DNA of 64,000 nucleotides from a virus, in IMG/VR virus record IMGVR_UViG_3300001848_000349, positions 481 through 64,480 of that record. The stretch is one strand, 5' to 3'. Under the pieces are notes generated by a model. That model worked only from the letters and a program-made list of their open reading frames with translations. It did not search any database and was not told the origin of the DNA. The first letter of the stretch is position 1. Each line of letters opens with the position of its first letter. A program made the translations under genes and the position numbers. Shown piece by piece: positions 34,017-44,008 of this stretch.

Positions 34017-37000
34017 TCAATAACTTGCTACTGCTCTTATATCTTGAATCTTAGGTACGTATACAGGATCATTTGTTTTCATTACAATTTTAATAGCAAA
34101 TGAAGTAAATTCTGGTAAGTTAGCAACACTATATTTCAACTCTTGATAATAATCTTGTTTTTCAAACTGACCAGAAATTGAATTAGCTGGTTTAGCAAGA
34201 TCTCTATTATCAGGGGAACCATCAGCATTAAAATACTTCCAATCAATATCATCAAAGTTTGACTGTGAAGAAGATAATTTAATCTTATAAAGTATCTTGA
34301 TATTTTCTACGTCTTTGATATTTGCTGTAGTTCTCACATCAATCGAAGTTCCAGGACTATTGATTGAAATTTCTTTAGTTACATACTTAGCTAAAGCAGA
34401 ACTATTTTTAGAACTAGTCTCAGTAATATAATCAACGCCATTTGTAAATGTCATTTGATCTACTTCAACATATTTTCCATCAGAAGATTTGATAACATCA
34501 CCAACTCTAAAAATATCTGGTATTTGATCAGAAGTATTTTCCAATCTTGTGAAAGGACTATTTAAAGTAATCTTACTATTATAGTCTAGATTGATAGGAG
34601 CATATGAATTTTCAACGATTAATTCTTTATTCTTAGAATCCCATGATAACACTTTGCCATTAATCTTATTATCATAAGATATTGTAGCATTTTGTGGGAA
34701 GTAAGAAACAATGTTTGAATTTTCATCGAAGCTAAATGATAACTCATTGATATCAGTAATTGTTACAGTAACTGATGATAGAGTTGTTCCATCAGTTTGC
34801 TTAACAGATACTGTTTCATTTTTAATAAATCCTGTATTTGTTTTCAATTTCACTTGTGCTATAGATCCAGTTACAGAAATAACAGTTGCTTCTGCTTTTG
34901 AAGCGTTGCCAACAAATGATTGATTTGCTTCTATTGAACCAGCTGGTCCTAGAACTGATATAGAAAGATTATAAATTGGAAGGAATGAAAGAATTTGATT
35001 TCTCTTTCCAAATCTATCTTCTTGACCTGTAGAATTTTCTACTCTATTTGATATAGTTTTTACAGATGAAGTTCTTAAGTCAATTACAGGCGAAAGATTG
35101 GATGAAGTAGAAGATAGCATTAATTTGTAAATTAATGAATTATCAATGCTATTCATTGTTTCATTGATTCTAGAAGCAATTACTTTTTGATTAATAAAGA
35201 AATGTTCGTCATTAATAAAAGTTTTTTCATAATCAGATTGAGAATATGATGTATAATTGATAGTTTTGGAATCTACTGGAACGATATTTGTAGTCTTAAC
35301 ATAACTATCAATCTTAGTAGACTTAACTTGTAAGTATCCTATCTGAGCATATAGTTTTTCATATTTCCTATTATATGTTGATAGAACTTTTTTACCTCCA
35401 CCAAATGTACTTAAACCAGCTCTGTTTGGTCCAATGATGTTGTAACTATCGATACCATTATTATAAACTTCAAACAATGAAGAATTTAATAATACAGCAG
35501 AAATACCACCAACATCTTCTACATTTCTATAGAATACGTAAGACATTCCTTTGTCTTCAAATCCATGATCTCTATGATTAATTTTTACAACATAATTGTT
35601 GTTTTTAAATAATGGTGAGGTAGCATTTGTTGCTGAACGTACACTGGTTTCAAAAGGATCTTTTTGTAATAACTCATAATCTAATGGCATATTTGTTAAT
35701 AACAGTTCGCCAGATTTTGATGTATTAAAATCAGCACGATACATAGTAAACTTAATATCTTCTGATAAATCTTCAGTCCAGTTATCAGTGTTTTGTGATT
35801 TATACACAGAACCTAATAATGGTTGTGATGTAACTACAGCACTAGTTGCTTTTTCTATTTCTCCTAATTTAGATGCCCATAGTGTATAATCAATAGAATC
35901 TGTTTCAATATTCAAAGAATACTTGACATCATTTTGTAAATAAACTGGATACTCAAAAGCAAATCTTGTTGGAGTTGTGGATTCCTTTTGAAGTCCTGAA
36001 TCAATAGCAATACCCATTCTTACAGCTGGGGTATCAATTTCTATAGTAGATTCGATTACAGCACCACCAGAACCAGTTCCAATGCCTTTAATAACAACTG
36101 AAGGTGCTTCTGTGTATCCTCTACCATTTAAAGAGATTGTAGCGTTATAAATTGATCCATTAGAAACATCTACAGATCCAGTTGCTGTACTTCCTCCAGG
36201 AAGTTGAGGACTTTCGATAACAATAGAAGCACTTTCATAGTTTTCTCCTAAACTAGCAACTTTCAAATCAATAACTCTACCAGAATCTTTAGCAATGCTA
36301 ATTAAAGCAGATTTGTTATTTGTAGCGTTATATGTAGTAACGGAAGGAATAACTAATGCTTCGTTAGCAACAAATGATTTACCATTGTGATTACTTAAAA
36401 CAAGAGTATAAACTTGCTCTTTATTTAATTCAAATTCAGGACTATTTTCATCACCAACTAAAATATTATTCTTATCATATACTTTTGAAATTGGTCCTTG
36501 AGCATTCGAAGTCTTACCTAAAACAAGTTCTGATTTCTTAACTTTGATTGTATCTACATCACCAGTTAAATAAACTTTCAAATATGTATCTGGATATACA
36601 GTACTTTCTGTTCCAGGTATAATATATTTTCCAGGTTTATCTGAATCTATATTTGAAATGTAAACTCTAATCGGAATATTAGAACTCTTGGAAGCAAAGA
36701 ACAAATCAATTCCTGTAACAAAAACACCGCCTTCATAATTTTCTACTTTGAAAGTTTGTGCTAATGGATTTGGTTTAATTTTAGATTGAGTATTATTATT
36801 GATCAACTGTACACCTTCGTTTGCTTTGAAATAAGCAGGAACAGTTGATACGATGCTTGATGGATTTTCTGGTAAAATACCAGTAGAATAGAATTTGACA
36901 TCAGCAAATGTATCCACATCATCTGTCATCGAATTTTCAGAACTTGATGTAAATGTGATAGTTTTAGCACCACAAGTGAATTTAATTTCTTCTGAAGAAT

Positions 37001-40000
37001 CATCATAAGAAACAGTATTTACATCACCAGTCCATTTAGTATTTTCTACAGGAGCTAAACCATTAGGAATCAAAATAACACCACTTAAATTACCATTAGC
37101 ATCAGTAACTAAAGGTGAATTGAAAGTAGATAAAGAATTTTCTGGAATACCTGTGAACTTAGTATCAGGAACAACCCATCTATTGATGTTTCTTCCTTCC
37201 ATGAATACATAGATTTTTGTATTTGGTTTTAATCTACGTACAATAAATCTAACTGGAATAGATCTTACAAAAAATTGTAATCCAGTTGATACTTTTGTAT
37301 TGTTGACAACTTTAGAACCAACACCTTTTGCTAGTTCATTATTTTGTGGACTAATATTTGAACTACTAGATACTGAAGCAGAACTTACACTTGATTTTAT
37401 ATTTTCGCTATTAATATTAGCTAATGATTCTATATTGAAAAATGCTTTACTAGTTCCAACCCAATTAATAATGAATGAATTAAAAAGACTTGAGAAAGAT
37501 TCTTTTACATTTTCTTTTGCTAAGAAAATAGAGTTTAATTGAGTATTACTATCAACAACTAATGGAGCTGTGTTAGTATCATACCATTGATCAACCAAAG
37601 GTGAGATAGAAACATCACCAACATATTGTAAAACTACAAATTCATTTGGATTAATTGTTTTAGTAGCATTACTATTTCCTAGTAATTTTACTTCATTGAA
37701 TGGGAGAGTAACAACCCCATTGTTATTGACATAACCAGAAATAATTCTTTGATCTTCTCTATTATTTACTTCTTGAAGAGAAATACAATCTTCTTTTGAT
37801 TGTGGTCTTAATACAGACTGTTGAGTATCAATAGCACATTTATAATCTACTGATTGAAGATTTCCTACTTTATGTGCTTCAAAATTATCAACGATGAAAC
37901 CAGACTTAAATCTGTCCATACCAATATCATCTTTAACTTGCATATTCAATGCTTGCTGCTCTAATATGCTTAAAGATGTGTAGTATTCTAATCTTTCAAT
38001 TCTCTTCTCAAGTTTTCCAATATCTCTCATTGTATAACGTTTGTTATCAACTGGAAGAATTCTTACATCTTTACTTGTATTGGTAAACGATGGTATATGA
38101 ATATAGCACAAACTTATAGCATCATCAACTGCTTCTGGTTTAGATGGATTTAATGAAGAGTTTCCTTCTTTGATAATAAAATCACCTTTCTTCGTTAAGA
38201 AAACACCATCGATTCTATCTAGATATTGTGTTTCACTAAATGACATTGTATATTCTAAATTAGAATCTGATGCTGGCGTTAAAGAAACAACTCCACCTGA
38301 CCCAACAAAATTAATATAATCGTAGTTACTTGGATTTGATAGAATCGATACATCCTGGAATCCAGTAACAGTTGTATTAGAATCTACTTTTGGTCTAAAA
38401 TCAATAACATCTTTTAAGGATACAACTCCGTGAACAGCAGAATTAAATGTTGGAATTTCTTCTGCTGTAATACCAGCTTCGTGTAAATAAGAATCTACAG
38501 TACAGAAATCACCTTGAGAATGCTCAAAGTAATCAAAAGCAACAACTAACTGACCAGAAGGAGCATCAAATCCTGGTTTAAGAACAAGTCTAGAAACATC
38601 ATAGAATGTATCTCTTTGACCATCATCAAAAGTAAATTTGTAAGTTATATCTGTACCACTAATTAAATTACCATTTGAATCTACTTTTGCTGGGTCTGTA
38701 GAAGTTCCCTCATAAACATATCTTAGTTTATATACATCAGAATACGAGAATACTTCTATAGTGTTGGCATCATAATCTTTTCCTCTTAATGGTATTACTT
38801 TATCTCCAGAGGATACAATAATAATTCTTTTATTTTGTATGGATGTTTTTAATCTTGATTTAGCGTTATTAACTTCTACCGTAGCAGTAAGTTTTAATTT
38901 AGGATATGTTCCACCATTACTAATTGAACCAAAATAATTGGTTGGCAAATTAATTACAAATGAACCAGCGGTGATTTGATTATTTGTACTTGTAGATTGA
39001 ATAATCTGAACTTTAGTGCTGTCATTAAAATCAATATAAACAATGTCACCATTTTCTACTAATGTGGACGATCCTTTATCTAAAACAGTCAGAATATAAT
39101 TAGCTTCGGATGGAATAACAAATCTTTGAGTTCCTACTGGAAGTTGAGCAGAGAATGTAATTGTTCCACCACTAGAAGAAAGATCTGTAGTAAAATCTTT
39201 TCTGATATAATATTTAAATTTAGTATCAGCATTGTCACTAATAAGTGATTTTAATTGCTTGCTACCAGTTGGATATATTAGTGATGATGTAGATACGTTT
39301 TCAATATTTGGTCTTAAACGAATTACACTAGCATTTGAAATGTTTGTTTGTAGAGCATAATCTAAATAAATCCTTGATTTTTTTGTTCCCTGAGGATTTG
39401 TAACATATTGAACAACAGTTTTTACAACATTATTGTTAGAATCATTAAATTGAATAATGTCACCTTGAATTAAATCTTTTGATAAATCTGCTCCAAATCC
39501 ATTACATTCCAAATACTTATATCCTTGAGTTCCTGAGAAAGTAAAACTACTAATCTGATAATATGAAGAATATGAAGTACTTGTTAAATCTACATCAGCA
39601 GTGTAATTGTAATTATTATACTGTGAATAGAATGATTTAATATTTTGTGGGTTAAAGGTCAAAACAGTATTTTTATATAATACTGGCGTCACAGTAGCTA
39701 CATTAGAAGAAATTGATGGTGAAGGAGATACAGTAACAACTGGAGGTGATGAGTATGTTTGACTTAAAGCATTTCTATTTAAAACTGTACACTTATAAAC
39801 TTTTCCTCCATAAGTATTGACAGCAACATTAGAAGCATCAATTGTTGATCCATCAATAATTAATTTAGATGTATCTGGATATCCATTACCTCCATAATTA
39901 ACAACAAAATGTGAGATAGTATTTTCTGTAGCAATTTTTACTGAATTACCATCTTCATCAAAGATAGTTTCTCCTGGTAAAAAGTTTCCTGATAACGTAG

Positions 40001-42098
40001 AAACAAATAGAGTATTTCCAAAGCTATAATTTTCGGTAGAATCGTTTTCAATTACGCCAAATGCTTTACTTGTTTTACCAGTGATATATTTACCACTAGT
40101 AAATCCCAGGTCAATTACAGTTTCTACTGTAATTCTAGTAAAAAATACTGGATTGAAGTAAGAAAAATTGAATGAAGATGTATAAGGAGTTGAACCACTA
40201 CCAGTTCTTCCTTTTGATAAAATGATATCTGTGTCTTGATTAAAACCAATTGCTCTTTCGTTGAATGAAAAATCTTTTGGTTTTGCTATACCAACTACTG
40301 GAGTAATGGTGAGATTATAATCTACTATCCATCCATAGTAATCTTCTCCTGCTGCTAAAGCAGTTGCTTCCGTCAGATAAAGATATCTGTATTTACCAGC
40401 TCCAGCATCATCATATTCTTTTAGATAAGTATCTAAGAAAGCTTTCTTTCCTAAAACTGTTAGTTCTAAAAAGTACTGTGATGATGAAGAAGATACTTCT
40501 GGTCTATTAACTAAAGAGTGGGCAATTACATCTACATAATCAACACTAGATGGTTGTGTTCCAGATCTTGTTTTAATAAACCAAAGTTTTGTAGGCCATT
40601 GAGATTCTTGTGAAGGAAGATCTCCTTTTATTTGAACATAAATTGTTTTTGTGGCATCACTTAATGAAAATCCTTTTGATCTTCTATCTACAGTTTGTTT
40701 GAAATATGTGGAAGATTCTGTGTTGTTTAATCCAATTGTACCATCATTATATAAAGAATTTAAATATACATTTGGATAAGCAGTTAATTCGTCACCGACA
40801 GTGTTTAAAGGTACACTTCCATAAACATTAGTAATTTTAAAATTAGATAATCCTTTTGATTTCAAAGTAACATTATCTCTTGTTAAAGTATCTCTAGCTT
40901 TATTTACAGTAAGATATTTTGTTTCTTTGTTTACAATTTCAAAACCTTTAACATATGCTTTTCCAGGACCAACTCCAAGAACCATCTTTTGTGATGCTTC
41001 AGTCTCGGAAATACCATTAACTAATTTTGTTGTTGTGTTATATTGATAAAATCCGTTATTACCATTCTTTTGATAATACTCTCTAATATCTAAAGAAAAA
41101 TCATTGACTACATAATCTCCAGATTCGTCATATGTTCTTCTTGCTAATGTTTCTTCTAATAAAGTATAATCTGCTGGTTTAATTAATGACTCGATCGAAC
41201 CAGATCTTATTTGAAGAAGTTGAATAAAATTCTTATCTGTTACAGCACCATAATCAAATCTTTTCAATTCTAAAGAAATTTTTAATCTATGTGCTCCAGG
41301 AGAAGAATAATTTGTAGATCCTCTAGCAATATCATACAAAGAAGCATCTTCTTCTGGTGTTACAATATCCTCAACAATTGTAAATCCAATTTTTGCTGAT
41401 GGTTTATCATAATATTTGTCAATAATTAAAAGTTGAGCGTCGTTTCTAACAAAATAACCATTTACAAAGTAAATACCTTCTTGTACTTTTACAGCAGAAG
41501 CAAATCCCATTGCTGGGCTTTTTAAAGATATTGTATCTGATGTTATTGGATCAGTGATTGTAACAGTGGTTGGCAATACACTACCATCAGTACCAACTAC
41601 TAATAAAGGAGTATTGATTCCATCAACTACTTCTAAAGTTTCGCCTTGTCTAAAAGTAACTTCATTGTTAGAATCTCCACTAGTTAGATATGTAACATAT
41701 AAAGTATCTGAATCTGTACTAGTGGCATATTCTGCTTCAATTACATTGGCAATTACGTTTGAATTAATTCCTCTTAATTTTAATCCTACTAGGGTTTTAA
41801 TATCATATTTTTTATATACAATATTTCCACCATCACTAATAGCTACTTCAGAAACTGAAGATAACTTAACATAATTTACTTTTGTATTTAAACCTACTTC
41901 ACCAGGGACTACTAATTCACCTTGTTTAAAATTAAACTTACCATAGTTTTCAATTTGTGATTGAAGTATTGACTGTAGAGTTGTTAACTCTCTGGTTTGA
42001 ACAGCATACCCAGGTCTAAAAAGAACTTTATAAAAATTCTTAGACGCGTTATAATCATCAAAATATGGAGATACGTTAAGATTAGTCTTCTGTGGCAT
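34017..42098 (-). CDS. DUF4815 / VrlC-like large virion (baseplate-associated) protein (2693 aa)
   Basis: N-terminus MPQKTNLNVSPYFDDY...FYKVLFRPG..VQ.RELT.LQSILQ.Q; GFIVDNF motif; C-terminal P.IQDIRAVA; follows gp8. Confidence 0.85.
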   Translation of the reverse strand: MPQKTNLNVSPYFDDYNASKNFYKVLFRPGYAVQTRELTTLQSILQSQIENYGKFNFKQGELVVPGEVGLNTKVNYVKLSSVSEVAISDGGNIVYKKYDIKTLVGLKLRGINSNVIANVIEAEYATSTDSDTLYVTYLTSGDSNNEVTFRQGETLEVVDGINTPLLVVGTDGSVLPTTVTITDPITSDTISLKSPAMGFASAVKVQEGIYFVNGYFVRNDAQLLIIDKYYDKPSAKIGFTIVEDIVTPEEDASLYDIARGSTNYSSPGAHRLKISLELKRFDYGAVTDKNFIQLLQIRSGSIESLIKPADYTLLEETLARRTYDESGDYVVNDFSLDIREYYQKNGNNGFYQYNTTTKLVNGISETEASQKMVLGVGPGKAYVKGFEIVNKETKYLTVNKARDTLTRDNVTLKSKGLSNFKITNVYGSVPLNTVGDELTAYPNVYLNSLYNDGTIGLNNTESSTYFKQTVDRRSKGFSLSDATKTIYVQIKGDLPSQESQWPTKLWFIKTRSGTQPSSVDYVDVIAHSLVNRPEVSSSSSQYFLELTVLGKKAFLDTYLKEYDDAGAGKYRYLYLTEATALAAGEDYYGWIVDYNLTITPVVGIAKPKDFSFNERAIGFNQDTDIILSKGRTGSGSTPYTSSFNFSYFNPVFFTRITVETVIDLGFTSGKYITGKTSKAFGVIENDSTENYSFGNTLFVSTLSGNFLPGETIFDEDGNSVKIATENTISHFVVNYGGNGYPDTSKLIIDGSTIDASNVAVNTYGGKVYKCTVLNRNALSQTYSSPPVVTVSPSPSISSNVATVTPVLYKNTVLTFNPQNIKSFYSQYNNYNYTADVDLTSTSYSSYYQISSFTFSGTQGYKYLECNGFGADLSKDLIQGDIIQFNDSNNNVVKTVVQYVTNPQGTKKSRIYLDYALQTNISNASVIRLRPNIENVSTSSLIYPTGSKQLKSLISDNADTKFKYYIRKDFTTDLSSSGGTITFSAQLPVGTQRFVIPSEANYILTVLDKGSSTLVENGDIVYIDFNDSTKVQIIQSTSTNNQITAGSFVINLPTNYFGSISNGGTYPKLKLTATVEVNNAKSRLKTSIQNKRIIIVSSGDKVIPLRGKDYDANTIEVFSYSDVYKLRYVYEGTSTDPAKVDSNGNLISGTDITYKFTFDDGQRDTFYDVSRLVLKPGFDAPSGQLVVAFDYFEHSQGDFCTVDSYLHEAGITAEEIPTFNSAVHGVVSLKDVIDFRPKVDSNTTVTGFQDVSILSNPSNYDYINFVGSGGVVSLTPASDSNLEYTMSFSETQYLDRIDGVFLTKKGDFIIKEGNSSLNPSKPEAVDDAISLCYIHIPSFTNTSKDVRILPVDNKRYTMRDIGKLEKRIERLEYYTSLSILEQQALNMQVKDDIGMDRFKSGFIVDNFEAHKVGNLQSVDYKCAIDTQQSVLRPQSKEDCISLQEVNNREDQRIISGYVNNNGVVTLPFNEVKLLGNSNATKTINPNEFVVLQYVGDVSISPLVDQWYDTNTAPLVVDSNTQLNSIFLAKENVKESFSSLFNSFIINWVGTSKAFFNIESLANINSENIKSSVSSASVSSSSNISPQNNELAKGVGSKVVNNTKVSTGLQFFVRSIPVRFIVRRLKPNTKIYVFMEGRNINRWVVPDTKFTGIPENSLSTFNSPLVTDANGNLSGVILIPNGLAPVENTKWTGDVNTVSYDDSSEEIKFTCGAKTITFTSSSENSMTDDVDTFADVKFYSTGILPENPSSIVSTVPAYFKANEGVQLINNNTQSKIKPNPLAQTFKVENYEGGVFVTGIDLFFASKSSNIPIRVYISNIDSDKPGKYIIPGTESTVYPDTYLKVYLTGDVDTIKVKKSELVLGKTSNAQGPISKVYDKNNILVGDENSPEFELNKEQVYTLVLSNHNGKSFVANEALVIPSVTTYNATNNKSALISIAKDSGRVIDLKVASLGENYESASIVIESPQLPGGSTATGSVDVSNGSIYNATISLNGRGYTEAPSVVIKGIGTGSGGAVIESTIEIDTPAVRMGIAIDSGLQKESTTPTRFAFEYPVYLQNDVKYSLNIETDSIDYTLWASKLGEIEKATSAVVTSQPLLGSVYKSQNTDNWTEDLSEDIKFTMYRADFNTSKSGELLLTNMPLDYELLQKDPFETSVRSATNATSPLFKNNNYVVKINHRDHGFEDKGMSYVFYRNVEDVGGISAVLLNSSLFEVYNNGIDSYNIIGPNRAGLSTFGGGKKVLSTYNRKYEKLYAQIGYLQVKSTKIDSYVKTTNIVPVDSKTINYTSYSQSDYEKTFINDEHFFINQKVIASRINETMNSIDNSLIYKLMLSSTSSNLSPVIDLRTSSVKTISNRVENSTGQEDRFGKRNQILSFLPIYNLSISVLGPAGSIEANQSFVGNASKAEATVISVTGSIAQVKLKTNTGFIKNETVSVKQTDGTTLSSVTVTITDINELSFSFDENSNIVSYFPQNATISYDNKINGKVLSWDSKNKELIVENSYAPINLDYNSKITLNSPFTRLENTSDQIPDIFRVGDVIKSSDGKYVEVDQMTFTNGVDYITETSSKNSSALAKYVTKEISINSPGTSIDVRTTANIKDVENIKILYKIKLSSSQSNFDDIDWKYFNADGSPDNRDLAKPANSISGQFEKQDYYQELKYSVANLPEFTSFAIKIVMKTNDPVYVPKIQDIRAVASY

Positions 42099-42136
42099 TG
42101 TAAATTATTCTCTGTAAATTAAGAGGAAAATTATAA

Positions 42137-43960
42137 TTAAAATTCTATTACCAATTTGATATCTTCAATTTGATCAGCAGCTCTTGTAATTAATCTTCTG
42201 TTTTCTACATAGATAATTTCGCCACTGTTGTTTTCAATTTCTGGGGTGGCAAATCCATTGGTAAAGGTTACTCCGAGAATAGTACCATTAGTTGTAGCAT
42301 CAACGGAACCAGCTGCTCCTGAAGAAGCACCAGCAATAGTATTAGCGCCAGAAGCAAAGGATCTAACTTTGCCATTTGAGGTGTGTAATTCTGGAGATTG
42401 GATATACTTAAGAACACCAGAAGTTGTTGAACCAGAATCTAAAGTCCAAGAAACAACAGTACCGTAAGCAGTGTTGCCGTTTACAGTTTGTGAAATAATC
42501 TCATCTGCTTGATAACTAGCAGTTGCTCCTGTAATTTTTACAGCATATAAAGAGTTTAATGTATCAACAGTGGCATAGGTAGTTGTTCCGTAATTATATG
42601 GATCTCTAATAATACCAATTCTACGGAAATCATTATCAACAGGGAAATCTCCAGATCCTTCGGCATATGTTAGACGAATATTTGTCATTACTCGTTTGGC
42701 ATTTAGTTCGCCTTCCATGTCAGCACCACCATGTCCTCCTTGAGGTGGAAGTACGACAACTACAGATCCTACAGCAGTACCACCAACAGTTTGTGAAGTT
42801 GTTAGAGCAGAATCGGTAAATAGACCATAAGCAGTTGCTCCACTTCCTGTTCCAGTTTTTAAAGCAACGCTAGCGTATGTATATCCACTACCAGCTGTTT
42901 GTACAGTAGCAGCAGTAATTGCCCCACTGGCAATAACTAGTTTTGCTACACCACCAGTTCCATCTCCTAAAATAGGAGCATAGAAAGTTCCGTTTGGTAA
43001 GTTTGATCCAGCATTTCTAACCAAAATAACATTAATTGATCCAGCAACAGCAGCTGCTTGAACAGCAGCTCTAGAAGCGTTTGATGGTTGAACAATAGGA
43101 ATAAAGTCAGTAGATAAGAATCTGATTACGTCATCAGTTGGCACTGTGAACATATACTTCCAAATATAACCAGCTGTTCCACTTTCTTCTTTGTACAAAC
43201 CGCCAGCGTATGTTCCTGTTCCAGGTGAAGGTGTAGTTTTTGGTTCACTGGTGGCATTTTGTCCTGATGGATATGCTGGAGTTGTTCCGTTATAAAGGCA
43301 TTTAAAAACTTCATACTGAGAGTTGATTACATAGAATTTGGAATCAGCAATAGAGCTGGCACCAGTTCCTGATTGATTTCCTACAATGCCATTAGCTGTA
43401 GCAAAATAATCTGGTCTCCACATATCAAATTTTGGATTTGCTGTTAAATCCCAATTATATCTTCTAATAACACTTCTAGCATAATCAGATGTAATTCTTT
43501 TTAGAGCAATGAAATCATCATATACTGAGTATTTTTCTGATAAATTGTCTAATGGAAGAGGTGGAACATCTTCTGTAGCGTAACGATAAACACCAGTTAA
43601 TGCTGTAGCTCCAGTATCTGCTGTTCCATCCCAACACTTTAGATTTGATCCTAAAGCAGGAGCAGAAGAAACTGTTGGTCCAATCGAATAAAGGAGAAGA
43701 CTATTTTCACGAACTTCTCTAATTGTTCCTTTGAACGTAGCAGCGGCAAAAGATGCTCCAATATAAACTGTTTGACCAACGGCAAAAGCAGTTGAGTTTT
43801 TATTGTAAACTTCTAAGTAAGCATCCCATCTTTGTGGACGACCTACGAAGAAGTACATTCTAGTACGTTCATTACCAACATCGCTAGAACCTTCGGACAA
43901 AGATTCTAAAAATTGCTGAGCATTAAAAATTCTAAATTTGTCTGAGATAATAGCGGCCAT
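42137..43960 (-). CDS. gp8: Baseplate wedge protein gp8
   Basis: MAAIISDKFRIFNAQQF, WKYMFTV, DFRRIGIIRDP and C-terminal ENRRLITRAADQIEDIKLVIEF. Confidence 0.9.
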   Translation of the reverse strand: MAAIISDKFRIFNAQQFLESLSEGSSDVGNERTRMYFFVGRPQRWDAYLEVYNKNSTAFAVGQTVYIGASFAAATFKGTIREVRENSLLLYSIGPTVSSAPALGSNLKCWDGTADTGATALTGVYRYATEDVPPLPLDNLSEKYSVYDDFIALKRITSDYARSVIRRYNWDLTANPKFDMWRPDYFATANGIVGNQSGTGASSIADSKFYVINSQYEVFKCLYNGTTPAYPSGQNATSEPKTTPSPGTGTYAGGLYKEESGTAGYIWKYMFTVPTDDVIRFLSTDFIPIVQPSNASRAAVQAAAVAGSINVILVRNAGSNLPNGTFYAPILGDGTGGVAKLVIASGAITAATVQTAGSGYTYASVALKTGTGSGATAYGLFTDSALTTSQTVGGTAVGSVVVVLPPQGGHGGADMEGELNAKRVMTNIRLTYAEGSGDFPVDNDFRRIGIIRDPYNYGTTTYATVDTLNSLYAVKITGATASYQADEIISQTVNGNTAYGTVVSWTLDSGSTTSGVLKYIQSPELHTSNGKVRSFASGANTIAGASSGAAGSVDATTNGTILGVTFTNGFATPEIENNSGEIIYVENRRLITRAADQIEDIKLVIEF

Positions 43961-43990
43961 TTAATGTTACTAGTAACGTTTTTTCTAAGT

Positions 43991-44004
43991 TATTTATATT
44001 TATA
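43991..44004 (-). promoter_or_regulatory. Two overlapping late promoters, TATAAATATAAATA, upstream of gp8
   Basis: tatttata at 43991-43998 and at 43997-44004. Confidence 0.8.
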
Positions 44005-44008
44005 CTGT

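Noticed and set aside
43963-43980. Palindrome GTTACTAGTAAC in the gp8 leader
   Set aside because: Single short occurrence in AT-rich DNA; does not match NtcA (GTA-N8-TAC) or the early operator.
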